Of a stretch of DNA of 64,000 bases, positions 10,520 through 20,100 are shown piece after piece. The stretch lies in NCBI GenBank assembly GCA_963792945.1, contig CAWBYM010000017.1, positions 313,717-377,716 of the forward strand, in the 5' to 3' direction. The notes beneath the pieces are model-generated. The model was not told the origin of the DNA, ran no database searches, and was given only the letters and a program-made list of their open reading frames with translations. Source of the DNA: an uncultured delta proteobacterium (GTDB lineage Bacteria > Desulfobacterota > Desulfobacteria > Desulfobacterales > SG8-13). A program made the translations under genes and the position numbers. Positions within the stretch are counted from its first letter, which is position 1, and each line of letters begins with the position of its first letter.

Positions 10520-11695
10520 ATGACATCGCCTGCTGACAGATCGAACGCGAATGCCGAGATCGGGGGCCTATACATTCATGTCCCCTTTTGCATCAAAAAA
10601 TGCTTTTACTGTGACTTTTTCTCGGTTACCGATATGTCGTTGCGGTCCCGGTACGTGGCGGCCCTGCTCGATGAATTGAAATGGGCCGCTACCGCTTACG
10701 CCGGTATGCGGTTCGACACCCTCTATCTGGGCGGCGGCACTCCGTCTGTGCTGGAGACCGATGCCCTCGGCCGCATCGTTGCTTCAGCGTTCAGTGCCTT
10801 TACGGTCCTGCCGGGAGCAGAGGTCACGGTCGAGGTCAACCCCGCGACGGCCGATCGCGACAGCCTGCGCCGCTACCGAACGGCAGGCGTCAATCGGATC
10901 AATATCGGCGTACAGAGCTTTCAGAATCAAAACCTTGCATTCCTGGGGCGAATTCATTCGGCCGCGGACGCTGTAAAGACCTTGGAGTGGGCCCAAACAG
11001 CCGGCTTCGAAAACATCGGCATCGATCTGATTTACGGCATCCCGGGCCAAACGGAGGCCACATGGCGGCAGGACCTCGACAGGGCCGCCGCCCATCGGCC
11101 GGAGCACTTGTCCTGCTATACCCTCACTTACGAGAAAGGGACGCCTCTGACTGGCGAGTTGTCGCGAGGAACAGTCATACCGGCTACTGACGAGCAGGTC
11201 GCGCAACTTTATCTGACGACCGTAGAGGTCCTGGCACAAAAGGGGTACGAACAGTACGAAACGTCCAATTTTGCACGCTCCGCCGCCCACCGGTCGCGCC
11301 ACAACGGCAAATACTGGTCTTTTGCACCCTACTTGGGACTGGGGCCTTCATCTCATTCCTTCCTTCCACCCGAGCGTCTCTGGAACAAAGCGGATCTGGC
11401 GGCCTATTTGGCAGATGTGGAACAGGGGCGGCGACCCGTCGCGGGCCGGGAGAGCCTGACCCGCGATCAATTAATGATCGAGGCCGTCTATCTCGGCCTG
11501 CGGCTGATCGACGGGATTGATGTCGCCGGCTTTGAAAGCCGCTTCAAAGTCAAATTCGAGTCACTGTTCAACAGGCCGCTCACGGTTTTTGCCGATCAGG
11601 GCCTGTTGGAGACATCCGGTTGGCGCTGCCGCTTAACCCCCCGAGGCATGCTTTTGCTCGACACCATCGCCTCGTCTTTCGTCGACGAGTTTTAA
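10520..11695 (+). CDS. hemW: radical SAM heme chaperone / oxygen-independent coproporphyrinogen oxidase-like protein (HemW/HemN family)
   Basis: LYIHVPFCIKKCFYCDF (CxxxCxxC radical-SAM cluster) with a HemN C-terminal-like domain. I chose ATG 10520; the track ORF (10439) overlaps the HIT gene. Confidence 0.8.
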   Translation: MTSPADRSNANAEIGGLYIHVPFCIKKCFYCDFFSVTDMSLRSRYVAALLDELKWAATAYAGMRFDTLYLGGGTPSVLETDALGRIVASAFSAFTVLPGAEVTVEVNPATADRDSLRRYRTAGVNRINIGVQSFQNQNLAFLGRIHSAADAVKTLEWAQTAGFENIGIDLIYGIPGQTEATWRQDLDRAAAHRPEHLSCYTLTYEKGTPLTGELSRGTVIPATDEQVAQLYLTTVEVLAQKGYEQYETSNFARSAAHRSRHNGKYWSFAPYLGLGPSSHSFLPPERLWNKADLAAYLADVEQGRRPVAGRESLTRDQLMIEAVYLGLRLIDGIDVAGFESRFKVKFESLFNRPLTVFADQGLLETSGWRCRLTPRGMLLLDTIASSFVDEF

Positions 11696-13605
11696 CCGGC
11701 TTTACGAAGCTTGCGGATGTCACCGATGCGGATGGTGACGTTCTGAGAATCGAAGTATTCGATCAGGGGAATGACATACTTGCGGGAGGCGCCGGTCATG
11801 TCCTTGAACTGTGGCGTCGATATTTCACCATGGACCAGTAGAAAATCGACCAGTTGCTGCCTGAGGCTTTTGAGGGTGTCCGCGTCGAAGTAAAGATCTT
11901 CTTTTACCTTGACCAGGCGGCCATCTTCCACTAGCAGCAAAAGAACATCCTTGGCCTGTCGGGCGTCGGTATTCAGTTCTTTGCTGATTTCTTTGAAGTA
12001 CGGCGGTTGGAGTTTGGTTTCTCCATAGGTTTTGAGGATCTTGTCGCGAATGCCTTCCTGGTCGGCCTCGAGCGCAACCTTGTGTGATGATAGGTGGACG
12101 GTGTCTTCCGCAACGGTGATTTCTTCCTCCTTGAGCATCTGGTTCATCAGCAGATTGAACAGCTTGGGGTTCATGCGCTTCGGCAGTTTGGTCTTCAGCT
12201 CCTCTTTCGGCATGCCTGCCTTCAGCGGATAATTCTTGTGATAGTCTTCCAGATGGGCTTTCACGCTGAGGCGAAGGTCCTGGAAACTGTTGTTGTGGAT
12301 GTATATACGGTTGTCCCGGTCAACGAGCAGAACGTTTTTCTTTGAAAGCAGCCCCTGCAGCATCTGGTCCAGTGTTTTCTCCGCCAGGTTGGTCATCAGG
12401 ATCGCATCGGAGAAGGAGGCGCCGATGTGGCCGGACTGCTCGATAGTGTAAGCGGCCAGATCTTCCGGCGCCTTGTCTGGAATATCCAGCAGAGCCTGCA
12501 CGGTTTCCGGTTTGAAGCGTTTGTGTTTGAGCGGTATCGGGTTGAGAATCAGACCGCCGCCGATGGTGCGGACCGGGGAGTAGCTTCGGATAACGAAACG
12601 GTCGTCCTTCACCAGAGAGACCGGCACATCGAGGCGCAGTTGAACGGCGGTCTGCTCGCCGGGCTTCAACTCTTCGCGATCCAAAAGGACCAGGTTGCCC
12701 AATATCTCACTGGTGCCGGTGTGAAAACGGATCCGGGTGCGGTTTTTTGCCGGCTTTTTGTTGCTCGACAGGTACTGCAGCTGCACGTCGACCATGTAGC
12801 TCGGTTTGAGCGTTCCGGGGAAAGCCAGAACCTCACCCCGGTTGATCGATTCTTTCTCCAATCCCTGGAAATTGATGGCCGTGCGCTGGCCGGCTTCGGC
12901 GGTTTCAACGCTCCGGCTGTGAACTTGAATGCCGCGAACCTTGGAAGTGATCAGCGAGGGATAGATCATGATCGTGTCGCCGGTCTGCACCCGGCCGGAA
13001 ACCAGAGAACCGGTGATCACCGTTCCGAATCCCTTCATGGTGAATACCCGGTCCACCGGCAGGCGGAACAGGCTCGATTTACCGCGCTCCGGAATCTCGT
13101 CGCATATGTCCTCCAGGGTGCGGACGAAATCCTGAAGCCCCCGTCCCTTGACCGCTGAAACGGGAACGATGGGTGATCCATCCAGGAAAGTTCCGGAGGT
13201 AAAATCCCGCACATCTTCCATGGCCAATTCCAGCCACTCCTCGTCCACGAGGTCGGTTTTGGTCAGCACCACGAAGCCGTGTTTGATGCCCAGAAGCGTA
13301 CAGATTTCCATATGCTCGCGGGTCTGGGGCATGACGCCTTCATCGGCGGCGATCACCATGGCCACGATGTCGATGCCGGTAGCGCCGGCGACCATGTTTT
13401 TGACGAATTTCTCGTGACCCGGTACGTCAACGATGCCCACATGCTGGCCGCCGGGCAGGTCCAGGGCGGCGAATCCCAGCTCGATGGTGATCCCGCGTTC
13501 TTTTTCTTCTTTCAAGCGGTCGGTATCGGTACCGGTGACGGCTTTGATCAGCGAGGTCTTACCGTGATCGATATGTCCGGCCGTGCCGAGGATGATCTGT
13601 TTCAA
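11692..13605 (-). CDS. selB: selenocysteine-specific translation elongation factor SelB
   Basis: N-terminus [27 protein letters not shown] and the TKTD G-motifs. The long C-terminal extension (637 aa total) fits the SECIS-binding winged-helix domains. TTG start with AGGAG 8 nt upstream. Confidence 0.9.
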   Translation of the reverse strand: MKQIILGTAGHIDHGKTSLIKAVTGTDTDRLKEEKERGITIELGFAALDLPGGQHVGIVDVPGHEKFVKNMVAGATGIDIVAMVIAADEGVMPQTREHMEICTLLGIKHGFVVLTKTDLVDEEWLELAMEDVRDFTSGTFLDGSPIVPVSAVKGRGLQDFVRTLEDICDEIPERGKSSLFRLPVDRVFTMKGFGTVITGSLVSGRVQTGDTIMIYPSLITSKVRGIQVHSRSVETAEAGQRTAINFQGLEKESINRGEVLAFPGTLKPSYMVDVQLQYLSSNKKPAKNRTRIRFHTGTSEILGNLVLLDREELKPGEQTAVQLRLDVPVSLVKDDRFVIRSYSPVRTIGGGLILNPIPLKHKRFKPETVQALLDIPDKAPEDLAAYTIEQSGHIGASFSDAILMTNLAEKTLDQMLQGLLSKKNVLLVDRDNRIYIHNNSFQDLRLSVKAHLEDYHKNYPLKAGMPKEELKTKLPKRMNPKLFNLLMNQMLKEEEITVAEDTVHLSSHKVALEADQEGIRDKILKTYGETKLQPPYFKEISKELNTDARQAKDVLLLLVEDGRLVKVKEDLYFDADTLKSLRQQLVDFLLVHGEISTPQFKDMTGASRKYVIPLIEYFDSQNVTIRIGDIRKLRKAG

Positions 13606-13743
13606 TGCACACGCTCCTGATTCTGTTCGAATCCTTACGTCCGGTTTCGTTTTGCCCTGGTGTTTCTTCTATTGTTGCCATTTTTCATTAGCCACCAACA
13701 GGTTAACCCGGCCGCTCCGGCATCCATTCGGCGAAAATCAGGC

Positions 13744-13917
13744 TCAACGCTTTTTGCGGTTGCGCAGGTATTCCGCGAAATAGGCCAGCCCAACCAGAAT
13801 GCCCGCCAAACCGATGATTTTGGGCAGCGACACCTGACCGTACCACATCCGGGTGGCCAGAACGGCAAAAACGAGCCCGAGTATCGCCCTGATGACGAAT
13901 CGTTGAAAACCGACCAC
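13744..13917 (-). CDS. small two-helix membrane protein, 57 aa (absent from the ORF track)
   Basis: My own translation from GTG 13917 is VVGFQRFVIRAILGLVFAVLATRMWYGQVSLPKIIGLAGILVGLAYFAEYLRNRKKR. It shows two hydrophobic helices and a basic tail. AAAGGA lies 7 nt upstream. It sits upstream of selB on the same strand. Confidence 0.35.
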   Translation of the reverse strand: MVGFQRFVIRAILGLVFAVLATRMWYGQVSLPKIIGLAGILVGLAYFAEYLRNRKKR

Positions 13918-14050
13918 ATCCGTATCCTTTCAGATGTTTGAGAGTGTAAAGCTTCATCTATAGCCACCCGTTACTCTATCGTCAATACTCTTTTGACTTT
14001 CCACTTGCAATGGTAGGGGAGATCTGATAGTTTGACATGGTTACAATATG

Positions 14051-14126
14051 GTGGGTGTAGCTCAGGTGGTAGAGCGCCAGGTTGTGGCCCTGGTGGTCGT
14101 GGGTTCAAGTCCCATCACTCACCCCA
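14051..14126 (+). tRNA. tRNA-His (anticodon GTG)
   Basis: Cloverleaf traced by hand. There is an extra 5' G(-1) opposite the discriminator C. Acceptor GTGGGTG/CACTCAC, anticodon arm CCAGG-TTGTGGC-CCTGG, T-arm GTGGG-TTCAAGT-CCCAT, and an encoded CCA. Confidence 0.9.
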
Positions 14127-14296
14127 AAACACCATGCCCAAAAAGCCTCCATGAAACATTCATTTTCGTTCACTCACTGAAAAGGCGACAGATTGAATAA
14201 CAGATTTACGGAAGTGTTTTTTTCTGCTAAGATCTGGACCCTAAGCCTGCACAAAAGATGATCGATAACCCCGTTGAAACGATGAAGGCTTTTTTT

Positions 14297-14373
<77 letters not shown>

Positions 14374-14483
14374 ATAAGCCAATAACCAATAAATAGATGC
14401 CGGTGACAGGTGCGGAAAAATCAATATACCTGTTTTCTAATGATTTCGTCAGAATTCGGACAAGGGGCAGGTTGTGACATCTG

Positions 14484-14510
14484 GCGGGCTCGAATCCAGC
14501 CGGGATACCC
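14484..14510 (+). other. degenerate duplicate of the tRNA-Arg 3' end (T-arm + acceptor strand)
   Basis: GCGGGCTCGAATCCAGCCGGGATACCC compared with tRNA-Arg GCAGGTTCGAATCCTGCCGGGCGTACCA. The copy lies 138 nt downstream of its counterpart. Most positions match if one gap is allowed. Confidence 0.5.
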
Positions 14511-15433
14511 TAAATATATAATATAAAATACCAACTAAGGTCAGAGGAGGTGTCTCTGGCGCAAAGTACCATCTAACGCGGTGATCTCATCTCGAACCGC
14601 ATCCACGTAACATTGCCAATCCACAACAACAGGAGGCGCAGAATGAAGAGCAAGAGGAACCATCTTATCGTGTTCTTGATTGTCAGCGGGCTGTTTTTTT
14701 TCTCAGGGGTCACCGCCAGTGCGGATTGCCCCGCGGACCTCATCTCTTATTGGCCACTCAATGAAACAATTCCGGGACTCTATGCCGATGCGCTGAATGT
14801 CAGCACGGGCGTCAGCGTCGGCCCCAACGATCCGGTACCGACCGACGGCATCGTTTACGGGGCGCAGTTGTTTGATGGAAGTTCGAACCGGAGTCGATGC
14901 GGCCGCGAACACCAGTCTATGATTTTGGTTCCGAGGACAGTTTCACTCTTGCCGTATGGATGAAGATCGATGCCGGTCTGGGTACTGGTGAGGTCGAAGT
15001 GATGCTCGGCCGTGAGATAGCACTACCGGCGCGACATTATTGGGTGGGAATTATGGAGGTCTCGGGCGATACCGTTGCGGCTGCATTTTTAAGATCCCAA
15101 AGCGGTGAAGACGATACCGACATCAATGGGACTACCTACCTGACCGACGGCGACTGGCATTATATCGTCTTTGTCAGGAACAATGACGATAATACGAATC
15201 AAAATCTATGTGGATGGCGTCTTAGAAGACGGTCCGGCCAGGGTTCGACTTCACGACCGATTAGTGCGTTCGACGGATGGCCCATTCACCATCGGTTATT
15301 TGACGTATCCCCTTTCTACAACTTCAACGGCGCCATCGACGAGGTGGCCGTTTACGTCTGCGGCGTTGCCGCCATCTGAAATCGTGGATAATTTCAACAA
15401 CAAGGTCAATCTCTGTGGCGACACCGCTTTGAC

Positions 15434-16371
15434 ATCGGTGGTGAGCGGCGATTTCAACGGCGACGGCCGCCAAGACCTGGCCGGCGTGAGCCCGTCCGGG
15501 GAGGTCTATTATTCAACCTCTTTGGGCGCGTGGGTGAAAATCCCCGGCGTGGTGCAGAGCATCGTGGCCGGCGACTTCGACGGTGACGGCGACGACGATA
15601 TCGCGGGTATCAATCCCGCCGGGGCCATTTCCAAGGTCTTCTACACCACGAACTTAGATGCCGACGTACCCACCTGGACCGCCGATTCCGGGGTTGATCA
15701 CCTCGATCGTGGCCGGTGATTTTAACGGCGACGGTAATGACGATATCGCCGGCATCAATCCCGCCGGGGTGAGTTTCAAGGTTTTCTACACGACCGACCT
15801 GGCCACCTGGACCGGGATACCGGGTTTGATCACCTCGATCGTGGCCGGTGATTTTAACGGCGACGGTAATGACGATATCGCCGGCATCAATCCCGCCGGG
15901 GTGAGTTTCAAGGTCTTTTACACGACCAACTTAGATGTTCCCGTACCGACTTGGACCGGGATACCGGGGTTGATCACCTCGATCACGACCGGCGATTTCA
16001 ACGACGACGGCAACGACGATATTGCCGGCATCAATCCCGACGGCGTGATTTCCAAGATCTTCTACACGACCAATTTGGCCACCTGGACGCCGGTTCCGGG
16101 TTTGATCACCTCGATCGTGGCCGGCGATTTCGACGGCGACGGTGTTGTTGACGATATTGCCGGCATCAACCCCGCCGGAGTGAGTTTCAAGGCCTTTTAC
16201 ACGACCGACCTGGCCAACTGGACCGGGATACCGACGGTGAATCCGGGTTCACTCGACACGATCACGGCCGGTGACTTCGATGCGGACGGCGTAGACGATC
16301 TGGCCGGCGTCAACAGTATGGACGAGGCCTATTACACGCTCAATTTTGCCGACTGGACATACATTCCTTGA
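15434..16371 (+). repeat. seven tandem FG-GAP-like coding repeats (about 41-50 aa each)
   Basis: Recurring S(I/V)VAGDF(N/D)GDG.DDIAGINP.G...K.FYTT.L..WT.IPGLIT units. Seven copies fit a 7-bladed beta-propeller. Confidence 0.8.
15688..15914 (+). repeat. two 95-bp near-identical direct repeats, 132-bp period
   Basis: 15688-15782 and 15820-15914 both read ccggg(g/t)ttgatcacctcgatcgtggccggtgattttaacggcgacggtaatgacgatatcgccggcatcaatcccgccggggtgagtttcaaggt. I saw one mismatch. Confidence 0.85.
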
Positions 16372-16400
16372 GCGTCTGTTTCACCGTCCGTAAAGCATGA

Positions 16401-16440
16401 CAAACAATAAAGGGGAGCCAATGCTCCCCTTTATTGTTTG
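16401..16440 (+). terminator. strong hairpin terminator after the LamG/FG-GAP gene
   Basis: Perfect 18-bp stem caaacaataaaggggagc / gctcccctttattgtttg with loop caat, 30 nt after the stop. The T-rich 3' arm could act in both directions. Confidence 0.65.
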
Positions 16441-16665
16441 ATTGATCGGTCGTTTGTCGGCCGCTGGATCTTCTGTAGACAACCGAATCAAGGTTGAATA
16501 GATACGTTAGAGGGCACTTGCTTTTAGGGGCGCGTCGCCCGACCCGTCGATTCGACGGGTTGCCGAGTGTTTCGGGATTGTTTAGGGGGGAACATCGACA
16601 TTTCAAGAGGTTAGGAACGCCGCATCTTTGTCTAACCCCAGGCTATATTTTTGGGTCAGGCCAGT

Positions 16666-17727
16666 ATGGAATCTAAACCGCTGCCGGTTTCACCAAATGA
16701 AAAGGATCGTCCCGTCAAAACGATTGTCGCCGTGGTCATTCCGTGTTTTCGGGTGTCGCGCACGATTGTTGCCGTTGTCCGGCAGGTCCTGCAAGAAAAT
16801 ATCGTTTCGATGATTTTTTGTGTCGACGACGCCTGCCCGGAAAACAGCGGCAGCCTTGTTCAAGACGTTTTCTCTCGTGAACCTCGGGTGGCGGTCATCC
16901 GCTTGCCGCACAACCTCGGCGTCGGCGGAGCGACCAAAGCCGGCTACACGGCGGCCATGGAGGCCGGCGCGGACATCATCGTAAAATTAGACGGCGACGG
17001 CCAGATGGCACCGCACCACATAGCCGATCTCATCACCCCGATAATCCGTGGCGAGGCGGACTATGTCAAAGGAAACCGCTTTTTCAGCCTGACGTCCCTG
17101 ACCGCCATGCCTTTCATCAGAAAAATCGGCAACGCCGGCCTGTCGTTTTTCAGCAAGCTGTCTTCCGGGTATTGGGACCTCTTCGATCCAACAAACGGTT
17201 ACACGGCCATCGAGGCACGGGTGGCAGTCCAGATCCCATTTGACAAAGTCCACAACCGGTTTTTTTTCGAGCAAGATGTTCTCTTCAGGCTGAGCATTAT
17301 CCGCGCCCGTGTGGCCGAATTGCCGTTGCCGGCCATTTATGGCGACGAAGAAAGCAATCTCAGCGTTGTGCAGGCTTTTATCCGTTTTCCGATTTACCAT
17401 GCCATCAACTGCGGTAAACGGATTTTCTATAACTATTTTTTACGCAATTTCTCCCTCGCATCCATCAGCCTAATCCTGGGGATTCTGTTTCTGATGACCG
17501 GTCTCGGCTTCGGCGCCTATCACTGGGCGATGTCGATCATAACCGAACGGGCCGCCACCGCCGGCACGGTCATGCTGGCGGCCCTGCCGATAATTTTGGG
17601 CATTCAGTTCTTGTTGAATTTCCTGGCCTACGATATGGCGATGGTCCCCAGAGAGGCGGTTCATCCGAAACTGCCGTTGGTGAAAACGATGGAAAACGCA
17701 TCGATTCCCAATGGCAAGGTCCCCTGA
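16666..17727 (+). CDS. family 2 glycosyltransferase with C-terminal transmembrane helices (polyprenyl-phosphate sugar synthase-like, GtrB/ArnC type)
   Basis: VVIPCFRVS, VDDACPENSG and KLDGDGQM (DxD-like) motifs, plus two C-terminal hydrophobic helices (ISLILGILFLMTGLGFGAY, VMLAALPIILGIQFLLNFLAY). An alternative start is TTG 16651. Confidence 0.8.
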   Translation: MESKPLPVSPNEKDRPVKTIVAVVIPCFRVSRTIVAVVRQVLQENIVSMIFCVDDACPENSGSLVQDVFSREPRVAVIRLPHNLGVGGATKAGYTAAMEAGADIIVKLDGDGQMAPHHIADLITPIIRGEADYVKGNRFFSLTSLTAMPFIRKIGNAGLSFFSKLSSGYWDLFDPTNGYTAIEARVAVQIPFDKVHNRFFFEQDVLFRLSIIRARVAELPLPAIYGDEESNLSVVQAFIRFPIYHAINCGKRIFYNYFLRNFSLASISLILGILFLMTGLGFGAYHWAMSIITERAATAGTVMLAALPIILGIQFLLNFLAYDMAMVPREAVHPKLPLVKTMENASIPNGKVP

Positions 17728-17775
17728 ACGATGCCACGGATGCGGCGGAAAAAAAGGGGTCATCCGCTTAGGTGC

Positions 17776-19761
17776 TCACGGACGCCTAATCCAGATCGCA
17801 TAGAAAACGGTTTCCGAGCGTGTGTATCCGTTTGATTCGAGCCAGGAAGATATGTCCTGGCAGTCCTCGGCAGCCGAGTTGTTAAAGAGCACCACCGCCT
17901 TCAATTCTCTGTCCTTCAGCTCCTGAACCAGCCAGTCGACATCCTCGGGACTTGCGCAACCGGCATCAGCCATTTGGCCGAGCCCGAGCCTCTTCTTTAC
18001 TTCCGCTTCACCAAAGTGCCACTGGAGGTGGTGTAAATAATGCGGCCTCACGTAAAGCAGCCGGGGATAATTTTCATAACCGGTCAAAACAGAAGCGACA
18101 ACTTCCGGAGCCAAAACCAGATCATTGAGGGTGGTCTGTTGCAGCACAATTTCTGCAACCTCTTTGATGTATGGATTCACCTTAGGACCAGGCCCATCAA
18201 AAAATACCTGGTTCGAGGGTGAAAGACTCCAACGCCCGGCAAAGAGAAAAACCGCCAGAACCGATGCAAGGGCAGTGATCCAGAATGTTTTTATTTTTGC
18301 ACGGCTATCCGGATGCAGATAGATTGTTTCCGCGGCCAGACCGAATCCAGCGCCAATAAAAAGAGGGAGGGGCACAGCCCAGAACAGGCGCCAGGAGAAC
18401 ACACCGGAAACGAGTCGGCCGGCCCAATCGGTGGTCAAGCCATTGAAGAGAAGGACGACCGCTACAAAGACGTAGCGCCACATCCAGAACCGGTAGGGAT
18501 GGTTTTGGCGCAGCATGATCAGCGGCAGGAGCAAGAACAGCAGCAGCGCAATGGTCCCCCTGGCGCCGCTGCCGATAACATAGTAAACGTTCAAGAGCTC
18601 AGCCTGGTCTGCCACGCCGGGATTGGCATGGCGATCGCTCAAGACCCAAAGCAAAATCAGGCCGCAATACAGAAAGGTAGCGGTTCCCGCCAGAGCCGGA
18701 ATCAACCGCTTTTTGGACACGCCGGCAGACGCGAACAAGGCCATAAGGACCGCCAAGGGGGCGACGACAGCCGCCGTGGTCGACATACCCACCGAAGCGA
18801 TTTGCACCAACAGGAGCCGGCACCACGTTTTCCAAAACGGTTTTTCCATGAATGCCAGTGTATAATGGACCAGCAATGGGCATAGAAGGGCAACGAAGAC
18901 GGCTTTGGCCTGAAACAGACGCACGAACGCAAAGTTGCCAAACGCCAGGTGGCTCTCCCCCCATGCGCACAGTACCAGCAGGGCGATGGGCAGTGCCAGC
19001 CATGCCGATCGGATACAGAATCGCTTGATGACCACAAAGTAAGAGAGAGGCACCAGGGCCCCCCAAAATGGGGGCAGCAGCACATAATAAAGTGTTCGCG
19101 GGGAGAGTCCCGTCCATGTGGACAACAAGGAAATAAGTAGCATGTAGGTTTGCGGCCTATGGTCGGGTTGCTGGATCGGAATTTGGGGGTCGCCATGCAT
19201 CCCGTCGAAACTCAGAAGCGGAAGGTCCGAATGCCTCAATGTGGCAATGGCCTCGTTCAGAAAATAAGCGTCGTCCAAATCGGGACGATTGACCATCAGC
19301 GTTACGCCTGCCGTCATGGCCATAACCGTCAGCAGAACAACAGAATCAAAGCGCGGGTCGACGGACGCCCTTTTGCCTGTCCCGCGCACAAAGAAAGATC
19401 GGTCCCAGTTGGAGATCCAGCCCAGGTAAACCAATGCCAGCCCGGCGACCAGCCAGAGCTGCTTTGAAAAAACAGCTGCCCCTAAACAAAATACCGGTAC
19501 CCAAGGGGCCTTGCAATTTTTGTGATTATACGGATGAACCTCACCCTTGACCGCCCCCTCCCGTTCTGGCTGTTTGAGTGCCAATGCCCAAATCAAGCAG
19601 GGAAGTATAAGCAGGAGAGCAGGGGCCCATGAAACGAACAGGTCAAAACTGAGTCCCGAAAAGGTAAAAACCTGGGTAAAGAGTGTCCACGCTCCCAGTG
19701 CAAGGATAACGGAATTCAATAATGTTTCGGACCAGGCATTTTTGGATGGAATGGCGTCCAT
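17776..19761 (-). CDS. large polytopic membrane protein, 661 aa, with a soluble C-terminal domain; possible GT-C-type glycosyltransferase (function inferred only)
   Basis: At least 12 hydrophobic segments run through the first ~520 aa, followed by a ~130-aa hydrophilic C-terminus. GGAGA precedes the ATG. It is convergent with the GT2 gene, with a 48-nt gap. Confidence 0.7.
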   Translation of the reverse strand: MDAIPSKNAWSETLLNSVILALGAWTLFTQVFTFSGLSFDLFVSWAPALLLILPCLIWALALKQPEREGAVKGEVHPYNHKNCKAPWVPVFCLGAAVFSKQLWLVAGLALVYLGWISNWDRSFFVRGTGKRASVDPRFDSVVLLTVMAMTAGVTLMVNRPDLDDAYFLNEAIATLRHSDLPLLSFDGMHGDPQIPIQQPDHRPQTYMLLISLLSTWTGLSPRTLYYVLLPPFWGALVPLSYFVVIKRFCIRSAWLALPIALLVLCAWGESHLAFGNFAFVRLFQAKAVFVALLCPLLVHYTLAFMEKPFWKTWCRLLLVQIASVGMSTTAAVVAPLAVLMALFASAGVSKKRLIPALAGTATFLYCGLILLWVLSDRHANPGVADQAELLNVYYVIGSGARGTIALLLFLLLPLIMLRQNHPYRFWMWRYVFVAVVLLFNGLTTDWAGRLVSGVFSWRLFWAVPLPLFIGAGFGLAAETIYLHPDSRAKIKTFWITALASVLAVFLFAGRWSLSPSNQVFFDGPGPKVNPYIKEVAEIVLQQTTLNDLVLAPEVVASVLTGYENYPRLLYVRPHYLHHLQWHFGEAEVKKRLGLGQMADAGCASPEDVDWLVQELKDRELKAVVLFNNSAAEDCQDISSWLESNGYTRSETVFYAIWIRRP

Positions 19762-20100
19762 TCTCCGTTGGTGTCCCTTTTATACCGATATAGGCAAGAG
19801 GATAAAAAATGACTCAAAAACATGAAAAGTATGACATAAAACGTTTAGGTGAGGTATGAATTATGGATTATTGAATTGATATTACAGTAATTTACGGTTA
19901 AAAAATTCTGGTATATAAATTGCTTTTGTACCAACACTATCTTTGTGATCATATTTTAAAATGAATAAACCGTCCATAGGAAAGGAGGGCCTTTGTTGGC
20001 GGAATTTCGACGGTTTTCAGTACCGGAATCTGTTTTCCGGACCCCTGAAACAGGATAGATCGGCCGTCGCCCCGTCCGATTGGTGGTATGTTTGCCGTCA

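Larger units (their letters stand above)
14643..16371 (+). pseudogene. secreted LamG (concanavalin-like) domain + seven FG-GAP/VCBS-like repeat protein, reading frame broken at least 6 times
   Basis: AGGAGG at 14631-14636 with ATG at 14643, and a signal peptide (LIVFLIVSGLFFFSGVTASA). Protein-like translation jumps between frames at about 14892, 14920, 15200, 15312, 15356 and 15684. The joined translation reads ...FDGSSNR/VDAAANTSL/DFGSEDSFTLAVWMK ... NDDNTN/KIYVDGV ... FYNFNGAIDEVAVY/SAALPPSEI ... followed by seven GDF(N/D)GDGxDD(I/L)AG units. Confidence 0.7.

Noticed and set aside
14523-14642. GGCGCAAAGUACC in the LamG gene leader, which resembles the GACGCAAAGCC box of GEMM-I.
   Set aside because: The other GEMM-I elements are missing (the GGCAAA box, the GNRA hairpin and the GGUUxCCGA 3' strand), so this is an isolated short match.
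15434-16371. Regularly spaced repeats that could superficially suggest a CRISPR-like array.
   Set aside because: The repeats are protein-coding FG-GAP blades (period ~123-144 bp) with conserved amino-acid motifs. They are not short palindromic repeats separated by unique spacers, and there are no cas genes.
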